A DNA stretch of 10,286 nucleotides from assembly GCA_038209745.1 (NCBI GenBank), contig JBBQXJ010000114.1, positions 1 through 10,286 on the forward strand, read 5' to 3'. Under the pieces are notes generated by a model, which worked only from the letters and a program-made list of their open reading frames with translations, had not been told where the DNA came from and ran no database searches. Of this stretch, positions 1 to 6,910 are shown piece by piece (within the stretch, counting starts at the first letter, position 1; each line of letters opens with the position of its first letter). Origin of the DNA: Verrucomicrobiota bacterium (GTDB lineage Bacteria; Verrucomicrobiota; Verrucomicrobiia; Limisphaerales; CANJSG01). The translations under genes and the position numbers were made by a program.

Positions 1-288
1 GAAACCGAATTACGCGGTTCCTCGGTGTGCTGCTCGTGACAATTCCGACCAAGATGCCCCAGAGACGCCTTGAACGGTCGGCGAGGCTGACTGGAGGCGG
101 CACGGCGATGGAGTGAAGGTGTTCCAACGGGGAAAGCCCAAGAAACCCTAGGAAGGAGCGAGCGTGAGCGGGGAGGGTTCAGAGAGACGGAAGCCGGCTT
201 CCGGCTGCAAAGGAGGTTTGCTGAACCAGAAGAACCGCCATTTCCGCATTCCTCGAACGTGGGTGACATCCCCGCATTTCGCGGGACA

Positions 289-311
289 CGTTAGCAGTGG
301 GCGTTAGCAGT
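289..311. repeat. Two 10-bp direct repeats CGTTAGCAGT (289-298, 302-311), candidate integrase arm-type sites
   Basis: Exact 10-bp repeat with 13-bp period, about 60 bp beyond the tRNA 3' end. The repeat is seen directly; the arm-site role is inference. Confidence 0.55.
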
Positions 312-327
312 TTGAGGCTTTTGAAAG

Positions 328-362
328 AGGCTTTTCCTTGGAAGTTTTTGCAGGAAAAGCCT
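328..362 (-). terminator. Stem-loop just downstream of tRNA-Glu (terminator-like or att-associated inverted repeat)
   Basis: Perfect 11-bp inverted repeat AGGCTTTTCCT (328-338) / AGGAAAAGCCT (352-362) with a 13-nt loop, 10 nt after the CCA. Only a short CTTTC tail follows on the minus strand. Confidence 0.55.
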
Positions 363-372
363 TTGAAGAAAG

Positions 373-447
373 TGGTAGCGCGTATGGGAATCGAACCCAT
401 CCTTCGGCCTTGAGAGGGCCACGTCCTAACCAATAGACGAACGCGCC
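373..447 (-). tRNA. tRNA-Glu (anticodon CTC), CCA encoded
   Basis: Minus strand GGCGCGTTCGTCTATTGGTTAGGACGTGGCCCTCTCAAGGCCGAAGGATGGGTTCGATTCCCATACGCGCTACCA folds as a 75-nt cloverleaf: acceptor GGCGCGT/ACGCGCT, anticodon loop CT-CTC-AA, T arm ATGGG-TTCGATT-CCCAT. Confidence 0.97.
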
Positions 448-610
448 AAACTGGACGGGAATGTCTGCCAGACGCCCAACCACAGAGCAAATCAAAAAAC
501 GGAACGCTTGGGCCGGGCAAGGATCGGCCCGACCGCTGACAGCAGCGCTTCAAACAAACATCCGGTCGCAGGAACGAGCCGACAAAGCCTGCGGATTTCC
601 CAATGTATCT

Positions 611-634
611 TTAGGCCGTGTGCCCTCACGCGGC
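611..634 (+). repeat. REP-like hairpin
   Basis: TTAG followed by GCCGTGTG-CCCT-CACGCGGC (8-bp stem, one G-T pair). Resembles GTAG-type REP architecture; same CCCT loop as the hairpin at 6549-6570. Confidence 0.4.
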
Positions 635-677
635 GGGTGGATGGCCCTTTTTCGACGGCCTGTCCGAAGCCGTCTGG

Positions 678-3600
678 TCACTTGAGCGACGCGAGGAATT
701 CCACCAGGTCGCGCAGGTCCCGTCGGCTCATCTGCTCGGCCAACCCTTCCAGCATCGACGAGGGAGCGTGTTCCCGGATCTTGAGGTCGGCGGTCTTGAC
801 CGTGACCAAACCATCCTCCGGCGAGAGCACCTGCAGGGTGTCCGATGTCTCCTGTTTCACCATGCCGGCGACTTCTCGCCCGTTCTTCAGCGTGAGGATC
901 ACGTTCTCGAAGCCGGCCGCGATCTTGGCGTTGGGTCGGACGATGGATTCGAGGAGGTAGTCGCGGGTCTGACGGGAACCGATCCCGCCGAGCAACGGCC
1001 CGACTTCGCCGCCGTCGCCCTTCTGGATCGAGTGACAGCGCTGGCAGGCGAGCGCCTGGTTTTCGGTGAAGATCTTCCGGCCATTGATCGCGTCGCCGCC
1101 GACCAACGTGTCGCGGTAGGCGGCCAATGGATCGGCCGCATCCGACTGGACGTCGATCTGGGCGAGCCGGGTCTTGAGCGCGGAGGAACCCTTGGCGGCG
1201 ATGGCTTCTTTCAGGTCGAGCGCCAGTTCGGGACGGAGTGTGCCGACAGCGAATTGATCGAGCGACTTCGCCAGAACGGTTTCGGAGCCGGAGGTTTTGC
1301 CGAGCTGGGCCAGAGCGGATTGCTGTGCGGAAATCGCGCCTGAATCGAGTTCGTGAACGAGATCGGCGAGGCTGGCCGAAGAGCCGGATTGGGTGATGGA
1401 ATTGGCCAGTTTCTTGAGGCCCGCGTCGGTTGAATGTTGGGCGGCCGCGACGGAGGCAGCAAGCGCCGGCGCATGGAGGGCCCCCAAGGCCCGCAGGGCT
1501 TCGGTGCGAACGGCGGGCTTTTCAGAATCGTCGGCGATTCGGCTGGCGAGCGCGGCATAGGCGGAACTCGGATCGCCGGCGATGCGGTGGATCAACGGGT
1601 GGTGCAGCCCGGTCACGCGGTCGCGTGGCGCGGGATCGGTCCAGGCGGTGAAGAGCGCGGCGGCTTCGAGTCGGATCGCCGGAGACGCGCTTTGGAGCAG
1701 GCCGGCGAGAGCGGCGGCATCGTCCGCCTTTCCGAGCTGGAAACGGGCGTTGGCCAGGCGCAGAGCGATGGCGTCCTCCAGGATCGCGTCGCGGGACGAT
1801 GAAGCGGAAGCCTTCGCCGGGACCGCGTGTTTCACCAACTCGGGGAAGAGAGTGGTCAGCTGCTCGTCATAGATCGCGCGGACGGCTTCGGCCCGGACCC
1901 GCAGCGAAGCGTCGCCCAGGAAGTGGGTGAGCCCGTTGCCATGGTGGCGGCGCAGCGCGTCCACGGCCGCGACCCGGACGGCTTCGGAATCGTCCTTGGG
2001 CAAGGCCGCGAGCTGTTCCGACGAGGCGCAGGCGATGAGGCCGATCATGCCCGAGTGCCGCAGCCAAGGATCGCGGTCGGCATTGTCGCGGAGCATCGCG
2101 ACGAGTCCGGGCACTGCGGCGCTGGACTGGAGTTGCGCCAAGGCGATGGCGGCGAGAGAGCGGACGCGGGCGTCCGAGTCCTGCAATGCCGCGAGAAGCT
2201 TGGGCGCGGCTTCAGTGGCTTTGATGTCGCCCAAGGCCCGGACCGCTTGGGCGCGGATCTCGGCCGTGGTATCGGCGAGCAATGCGACGAGCGATTCGCG
2301 GGCGTCTCGGGACACGCTGCCGGACTGACGCGCCAATTGGGCGAGGCCCCAGATGCTGTGCAGCCGGGTCAGCGGGTGGTTTGATCCAACGCCCACATTG
2401 CGTTTGAAGGCGCTGAGACCGGTCTCACCCTTGGCCACCAAGGCCCATTGCGCCTCTCTGCGGACCCGTTGATCGCGATGGCCGAGAAGCATCACCAGCT
2501 CTTCAGGCGTCTTAGCGGAGAAGCCCGAGGCGAGCAGCGCCTTCGTCTCCTTCACCAGCGGATCGTTCACCATGGTCTCGTCGAAGGCGCGGTAGATTCG
2601 GCCTTTGCCGGACTTGTCCCAGCCTTCCACCCAGTCGAGGACATAGGCGCCGCCGTCGGGCCCGAAGGCCACATCGGTGGCGAAGATGTTCCCGAGGAAG
2701 ACCTGGTCGTCGACCACGCGGAAGCCGGCGCCGTTCGGATCAAGCCCGAAGCTGCGGATGCCGTTGGGGAAGTCGCACAGGATGAAGTGGCCATCGTAAC
2801 GGGAGGGCAGACCGGTGCCGGGATACCACGCGATTCCGGCGGGACCACGGCCGGCATAGCCGCAATGCGGCAGGACCCACGCGGCGGTGTTGGTCTCGGC
2901 GTTCCACCACATGCCCTCGGCGTTCCATGCGCCGAGCTTGGGATTGTTCTGCCATTGCCAGCCGATACGCCAGCCGCTGTCGCTGCCGGGGAGCACGTAG
3001 ACCCAGCGGGCCTGGTCGCCGCCATCGGCGTTGTTGTCGCCGGTGAAGAGATTGCCGTGGTCGTCGAAGGCCAGTTCCTGCGGGTTGCGCAGGCCGACGG
3101 CCACGACCTCGATCTGGGACCCGTCGGGCTCGCAGCGAAAGATCGCGCCGGTGTCGGGCAAGACCTGCTTGAGGAAGGCTTCGGGGAAGAACGGCGAGGT
3201 GAACTCGGGCCGCCAATCCGTGCCGCGATCCGCGATGCTCCAGTAGATGCGGCCGTCCGGTCCCTTGATCAATCCGTGCATGTCGTGCCCGCCGAAGGCG
3301 ATGTGGACGCCGAAGCCTGAGTGGGCTTTTGCGCCCGTGATCTTGGTCTTCGGATCCGGGGACGAGGCGTTGAACGCGACGGTCGCGGTGAAGTCGGCGG
3401 AGGGAAGGCTGAGCTTCCACAGGTCCGGAACGCAGGTGAACCAGACGTTCGTCCCATCGACCAGCACGCCGGCGGCGACGCCTGAGACGAGGGTGTCGAA
3501 GCCCGTGGCGAAGTCGGTGGCCGTATCGTAGCGGCCGTCGCCATTGGAATCGGTCAAGAGGCGGATCGTCTCGGTCTCCACTTCCAGATCGTGCCAGTCG

Positions 3601-4034
3601 ATGTGGCCGTTCTGGTCGAAATCTTTGAGCAAGCGCGGGCTGGATCCGATGACGCGCAGGAAGTTGGCGTTCTGGTCGGAAACGTTGCGGCGGTAGAACT
3701 CCGCCCGATCCGCCACGGAGCGAAACGAAAGGTCGGCGTCGAGCCAGAAGGGGAACGAGCGGATGTCGAGGGTGGAACTGCGGCGGCGATGGGTCTCCAC
3801 CACGTAGGCGCGACCGCGGTGGTCGAGGTCGAAGCTGACGACGTTTTCCAGCAGCGGCTCGGCGGCGAGAAGTTCGACCTTCAGCCCGGGGGCGGGACGG
3901 AAGCGTTTGATGGCCGCCTGGGCGTCGCCTCCGCCCGAGCCACCGGCTGCGGGCTCGTTTTCCGCCGCGCGAAGTGGGAGGGTGATCCACGCGGCAGACA
4001 GCAGCATGGCAAAGGCGACGGAACGGAAGTGCAT
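678..4034 (-). CDS. PVC-type heme-binding CxxCH protein (secreted membrane-bound dehydrogenase-like beta-propeller + HEAT repeats + c-type cytochrome domain), 1118 aa
   Basis: ATG at 4034 gives a signal peptide (MHFRSVAFAMLLSAAWITLPLRA-AE). Propeller motifs GLKVELLAAEP, GPDGRIY, GLRNPQELAFDDHGNLFTGDN, DVAFGPDG. Multiple HEAT-like repeats (LLADTTAEIRAQAVRALG, LQDSDARVRSLAAIALA). C-terminal GDAINGRKIF..CQRCH..GGEVGPLLGGIG..LLESIVRP..SSM; CxxCH at 1032-1046. Confidence 0.93.
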   Translation of the reverse strand: MHFRSVAFAMLLSAAWITLPLRAAENEPAAGGSGGGDAQAAIKRFRPAPGLKVELLAAEPLLENVVSFDLDHRGRAYVVETHRRRSSTLDIRSFPFWLDADLSFRSVADRAEFYRRNVSDQNANFLRVIGSSPRLLKDFDQNGHIDWHDLEVETETIRLLTDSNGDGRYDTATDFATGFDTLVSGVAAGVLVDGTNVWFTCVPDLWKLSLPSADFTATVAFNASSPDPKTKITGAKAHSGFGVHIAFGGHDMHGLIKGPDGRIYWSIADRGTDWRPEFTSPFFPEAFLKQVLPDTGAIFRCEPDGSQIEVVAVGLRNPQELAFDDHGNLFTGDNNADGGDQARWVYVLPGSDSGWRIGWQWQNNPKLGAWNAEGMWWNAETNTAAWVLPHCGYAGRGPAGIAWYPGTGLPSRYDGHFILCDFPNGIRSFGLDPNGAGFRVVDDQVFLGNIFATDVAFGPDGGAYVLDWVEGWDKSGKGRIYRAFDETMVNDPLVKETKALLASGFSAKTPEELVMLLGHRDQRVRREAQWALVAKGETGLSAFKRNVGVGSNHPLTRLHSIWGLAQLARQSGSVSRDARESLVALLADTTAEIRAQAVRALGDIKATEAAPKLLAALQDSDARVRSLAAIALAQLQSSAAVPGLVAMLRDNADRDPWLRHSGMIGLIACASSEQLAALPKDDSEAVRVAAVDALRRHHGNGLTHFLGDASLRVRAEAVRAIYDEQLTTLFPELVKHAVPAKASASSSRDAILEDAIALRLANARFQLGKADDAAALAGLLQSASPAIRLEAAALFTAWTDPAPRDRVTGLHHPLIHRIAGDPSSAYAALASRIADDSEKPAVRTEALRALGALHAPALAASVAAAQHSTDAGLKKLANSITQSGSSASLADLVHELDSGAISAQQSALAQLGKTSGSETVLAKSLDQFAVGTLRPELALDLKEAIAAKGSSALKTRLAQIDVQSDAADPLAAYRDTLVGGDAINGRKIFTENQALACQRCHSIQKGDGGEVGPLLGGIGSRQTRDYLLESIVRPNAKIAAGFENVILTLKNGREVAGMVKQETSDTLQVLSPEDGLVTVKTADLKIREHAPSSMLEGLAEQMSRRDLRDLVEFLASLK

Positions 4035-4041
4035 GGCCGGG

Positions 4042-4070
4042 AAGATGGCGAGGAGGCCGGTGGAGTGCAA
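4042..4070 (-). promoter_or_regulatory. Putative sigma70-like promoter for a leaderless transcript of the cytochrome gene
   Basis: Minus strand TTGCAC-17 nt-CATCTT-7 nt-ATG, with no Shine-Dalgarno. Confidence 0.35.
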
Positions 4071-4097
4071 TTCGCGCGAATGGGCGACGAAGGTGTC

Positions 4098-4194
4098 GGA
4101 GCGCGGACGGTCACGTCCGCGAGTCCACGTTGGGGCCGAGGGAGGATCCAACTTGGGTCGGTGCTGGACTCGGAGACGGAGCTGACCGCGCTCC
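4098..4194. repeat. REPIN-like element, copy 1 (two inverted 26-bp REP units)
   Basis: GGAGCGCGGACGGTCACGTCCGCGAG (4098-4123) with a degenerate inverted copy at 4169-4194 (19/26). Inner stem CGAGTCCA/TGGACTCG. The first unit is 23/26 identical to 9127-9152. Confidence 0.8.
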
Positions 4195-4195
4195 G

Positions 4196-4561
4196 TTATT
4201 CCTCCGTGATGACCGTGTCGTCGTTCTCGTAGCAGGGAGCGCAACAACAGAGAAGGCGCAGCGTATCCGTGCCCGTGTTCCAGAGCTTGTGCTTCAGTCC
4301 GGCCGGAATGGCGATGGCGTCGCCGGGACCGACTTCGCGGAGCTCGCCCTCGATCCGCATCCGGCCGGTGCCATGGGTGATGTAGTAGATCTCCTCGGCC
4401 CTGGGATGGAAGTGCTCCTGGGTGGAGCCGCCGACCGGGAGGCGCGCTTCCGCGAGGCTCTGGTTGCGGATGGCGGAGTTGCGGTGCGCGAGAAGTTCGC
4501 GGATTTCCGAGCCGTCCTTGGTGGTGAACGGCGGGGCTTTGCTGAGGTTGACCACGTCCAT
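4196..4561 (-). CDS. Cupin domain protein, 121 aa
   Basis: Cupin motif 1 EHFHPRAEEIYYITHGTG and motif 2 GPGDAIAIPAGLKHKLWN. Start MDVVNL at ATG 4561; TAA at 4196-4198. Confidence 0.93.
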   Translation of the reverse strand: MDVVNLSKAPPFTTKDGSEIRELLAHRNSAIRNQSLAEARLPVGGSTQEHFHPRAEEIYYITHGTGRMRIEGELREVGPGDAIAIPAGLKHKLWNTGTDTLRLLCCCAPCYENDDTVITEE

Positions 4562-4567
4562 GCGGCC

Positions 4568-4595
4568 AGTATCGCGGCGGCCTGGCGGTGCGCAA
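4568..4595 (-). promoter_or_regulatory. Putative promoter for a leaderless cupin transcript
   Basis: Minus strand TTGCGC-16 nt-GATACT-6 nt-ATG, with no Shine-Dalgarno. Confidence 0.3.
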
Positions 4596-4616
4596 CAGCC
4601 GAGCGGGGACCTGAAA

Positions 4617-4716
4617 ACCACAGATTTACACGAATAGGTGAGTAACCAGCGAGCTCTCGGGCCTGGCTATTCCCAGGCATTGGATCTCCGGTTCTTCATC
4701 TGTGTTCATCTGTGGT
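4617..4716. repeat. ~100-bp MITE-like element with imperfect terminal inverted repeats (ACCACAGAT type)
   Basis: ACCACAGATTTACACGAAT (4617-4635) matches the reverse complement of 4698-4716 (ACCACAGATGAACACAGAT) at 15/19, the first 9 perfectly. Tandem TTCATCTGTG x2 at 4695-4714. Confidence 0.65.
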
Positions 4717-4779
4717 GGTGGGCGCTTTTCTCCACTCTCGCCAGCCAATGGAGAATAGTGTCCCGTGTTCGCCGATCGA

Positions 4780-5814
4780 ATGACCGCCAGCATCCATGAC
4801 AGAAAGGGCCTGGCCGCCTTGGCCCGGCGGCTGAAACTGGATCCCCATCCGGTGCGCCGCTTCAAGACGCGCTTCCTCAAACAGGGCCGGCCCGCCTCCG
4901 AAGCATTGGCCGAACTGCCCGAGCCGTTGCGGGAGCCCTTCGGCGCAGGGGTGGACTTCCATCCGCTCACGCTGAACGCAGCGCTGGATTCCAAGATCGA
5001 CGGCGCGACGAAGCTCCTGTTCCAGACCCGCACCGGCAATCCACTGGAGACCGTCATCCTGCGCATCGCCACCGGCCGCACGACCCTCTGCGTATCGTCC
5101 CAGTCCGGCTGCGCCGCCGCCTGCGCCTTCTGCGCCACGGGCACGATGGGCTTGAAGCAGAACCTCTCCTTGGCCGAGATCCTGGACCAGGTCGTCCAGG
5201 CCCAGCAGCGGTTGGCGCCGGAAGGCCGACAGATCCGCAATCTCGTTTTCATGGGCATGGGCGAGCCGTTCCACAACGAGGCCAACCTGCTGGCCGCGCT
5301 CGACGAATTGTCGGCCCGGGACGCGTTCGGCTTCGATCCGGGCCGGTTGCTGGTTTCCAGCGTGGGCGTGCCGGATGCGATGGTGCGGTTGGCCCGGTCG
5401 CGGCCCAAGGTCCGGCAGGCGCTCAGCCTGCATTCGGCGCGACAAGAGGTGCGCCGACAGATCATGCCGCTGGCCGAGCGCCATTCGCTGGCCGACCTGC
5501 GGGCGGCATTGGACGAAGTCGTCGGGATCCAGGGCAAACCGGCGATGATCGAGTATCTGCTGTTGGCCGGTTTGAACGACCAACCGGAAGACCTCGCCGC
5601 GCTGGCCCGCTACCTCGCCGGACTCCAGGTCCACATCAATCTCATCCCCTACAACGCCACCGGCGACGCGTTGACCGGCACCGCGAAGGCCGACCGCGAA
5701 CGCTTCGCGAAGGCGCTGCGGGAAGCGGGCTTCAAGGTGACCCTGCGCTACTCGCTGGGCTCCGACATCGCGGCGGCCTGCGGGCAGCTCGCGAAGCAGA
5801 GGCAGGCGGCGTAG
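4780..5814 (+). CDS. rlmN: RlmN-family radical SAM RNA methyltransferase (alternative start GTG 4765)
   Basis: TLCVSSQSGCAAACAFCATG (resolving Cys + CxxxCxxC), NLVFMGMGEP, SLH, EYLLLAGLND, NLIPYN, GSDIAAACGQL (catalytic Cys). Confidence 0.9.
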   Translation: MTASIHDRKGLAALARRLKLDPHPVRRFKTRFLKQGRPASEALAELPEPLREPFGAGVDFHPLTLNAALDSKIDGATKLLFQTRTGNPLETVILRIATGRTTLCVSSQSGCAAACAFCATGTMGLKQNLSLAEILDQVVQAQQRLAPEGRQIRNLVFMGMGEPFHNEANLLAALDELSARDAFGFDPGRLLVSSVGVPDAMVRLARSRPKVRQALSLHSARQEVRRQIMPLAERHSLADLRAALDEVVGIQGKPAMIEYLLLAGLNDQPEDLAALARYLAGLQVHINLIPYNATGDALTGTAKADRERFAKALREAGFKVTLRYSLGSDIAAACGQLAKQRQAA

Positions 5815-5836
5815 GCGCGGGACGCCCGCCGCTACG
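5810..5836. repeat. GTAG-ended hairpin overlapping the rlmN stop
   Basis: CGTAG-GC-GCGGG-ACG-CCCGC-CG-CTACG. The minus strand begins GTAGCGGCGGGCGTCCCGC, which is REP-like. Confidence 0.4.
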
Positions 5837-5883
5837 GAAGTTTCCCGTCGCCATTCCTTCCGCCGTTCTGTTGCTCTAACGCG

Positions 5884-6426
5884 ATGCCGGACGACGAGCC
5901 GATCATCGATCTACAGAGCGACCACTACTTCATGGGCGAAGCCCTGCGCCAGGCGGTCCGGGCCTACGAGGCGGAGGAAGTGCCGGTCGGAGCGGTCGTC
6001 GTGCGCCATGGACGCATCATCGCCCGGGCGCACAACCAGGTGGAGACGCTCCAGGACGCCACGGCGCATGCCGAGATGCTGGCCATCACCCAGGCGGAGG
6101 ACGCGGCCGGCACGTGGCGGCTGAACGACTGCACGCTCTACGTGACCAAGGAGCCGTGCCCGATGTGCGCCGGAGCGATCGTCCATGTGCGGTTCGGCCG
6201 GGTGGTCTTCGGCGCGCCCGATCCGAAGGGCGGCGCGGCCGGTGGTGCGATGAACCTGCTCCAGTTCCCCGGCCTCAACCATCAGGCCGACATCACGGCC
6301 GGAGTGCGGCTGGATGAATGCCGGCAACTGCTGGTCAGTTTCTTCACCGAGCAACGGCTGAAGAAGAAGGAGAAGCCGGCGGACCCGACCGCGCCCGAAG
6401 AAACAGAAGCGGACTCGATGGAGTGA
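5884..6426 (+). CDS. tadA: tRNA adenosine(34) deaminase
   Basis: DHYFMGEALRQA, EVPVGAVVV, DATAHAEM, WRLNDCTLYVTKEPCPMCAGA, VFGAPDPKGGAAG, LNH. Zn motifs HAE and PCxxC are intact. Confidence 0.96.
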   Translation: MPDDEPIIDLQSDHYFMGEALRQAVRAYEAEEVPVGAVVVRHGRIIARAHNQVETLQDATAHAEMLAITQAEDAAGTWRLNDCTLYVTKEPCPMCAGAIVHVRFGRVVFGAPDPKGGAAGGAMNLLQFPGLNHQADITAGVRLDECRQLLVSFFTEQRLKKKEKPADPTAPEETEADSME

Positions 6427-6464
6427 GCTTCGGGCGGGCCGGCTACTTCAGCGACTAGGTGGTC

Positions 6465-6521
6465 TCCGCCACTGCCTCGTTCCGTCATCACGCCGGCTCA
6501 GCCGGACCGAGGCAGTGGGGA
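6465..6521. terminator. Strong hairpin downstream of tadA
   Basis: CCACTGCCTCG (6469-6479) / CGAGGCAGTGG (6508-6518) perfect 11 bp, extendable by TCCG/CGGA. No U-tract, so the terminator role is uncertain. Confidence 0.35.
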
Positions 6522-6522
6522 T

Positions 6523-6658
6523 GGGGAGCGCGCCCGCCCCGGGCGCTGTGGACCGCGCCCTCGCGGTCCATCGAAGGCGCAGGAAAGGATTCACCACCTG
6601 GTGTGTCCGGACGCGTCCGGGTCCGGCGCGGGGCGCGACGGACGGCAGCCAGGGCGGC
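6523..6658. repeat. Multi-hairpin REP/MITE-like element beginning GGGGAGCGC, right end apparently truncated
   Basis: Consecutive hairpins: GCGCCCG-CCC-CGGGCGC (6530-6546), TGGACCGCG-CCCT-CGCGGTCCA (6549-6570), CACC-ACCT-GGTG (6592-6603), perfect palindrome CCGGACGCGTCCGG (6607-6620), GTCCGGCGCG-GGG-CGCGACGGAC (6621-6643). Shares the GGAGCGC start with the REPIN units. Confidence 0.65.
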
Positions 6659-6910
6659 CACTGCGGAAAAAAAGGCGAGGAACAGACGGAGCGTTCGACG
6701 AGGAGCTCTGAAGTCCATCAAACGTGGGAATGCATTGTGGGACTGGATATGGACCGAAGTTGATAGCGGGACACTTGGCTTGGCAGTCGGAAACGCCCGC
6801 GCAAGCGGGCTCGGCAACGCCCGGATTTTTACACCGCATCGGCGAAGCGATGGGTGCCGTTGGCGCATTGGGATTTGCTTCGCTTGTCCCGGCTCTGGGA
6901 TAACCCGGTC

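Noticed and set aside
1..103. Possible minus-strand gene start GTG 103 (VPPPVSLADRSRRLWGILVGIV...) open to the window edge
   Set aside because: Only 34 codons are visible and no family is recognised; cannot be supported without the flank.
179..553. 124-aa and 63-aa ORFs across the tRNA
   Set aside because: They overlap a clear tRNA gene and show no protein features.
581..664. Possible IS-like terminal inverted repeats around the hairpin at 615-634
   Set aside because: The ends match too weakly, and there is no target duplication or transposase.
508..4232. Many plus-strand and alternative-frame ORFs overlapping the cytochrome gene
   Set aside because: Antisense or frame shadows expected in high-GC coding DNA.
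4035..4595. N-terminal 187-codon extension of the 1305-aa ORF
   Set aside because: It is an alternative frame of the cupin gene and crosses a REPIN. It is Arg/Pro-rich, and a good signal peptide starts at 4034.
4780..5814. Cfr antibiotic-resistance methyltransferase
   Set aside because: The MGMGEP motif and housekeeping context fit the RlmN side of the family.
6600..6660. SRP RNA (ffs) downstream of tadA
   Set aside because: GGTCCGG...GCAGCC is superficially similar, but the GNRA-capped domain IV (CAGG..GGAA..AGCAG) is absent. The region fits a repeat element better.
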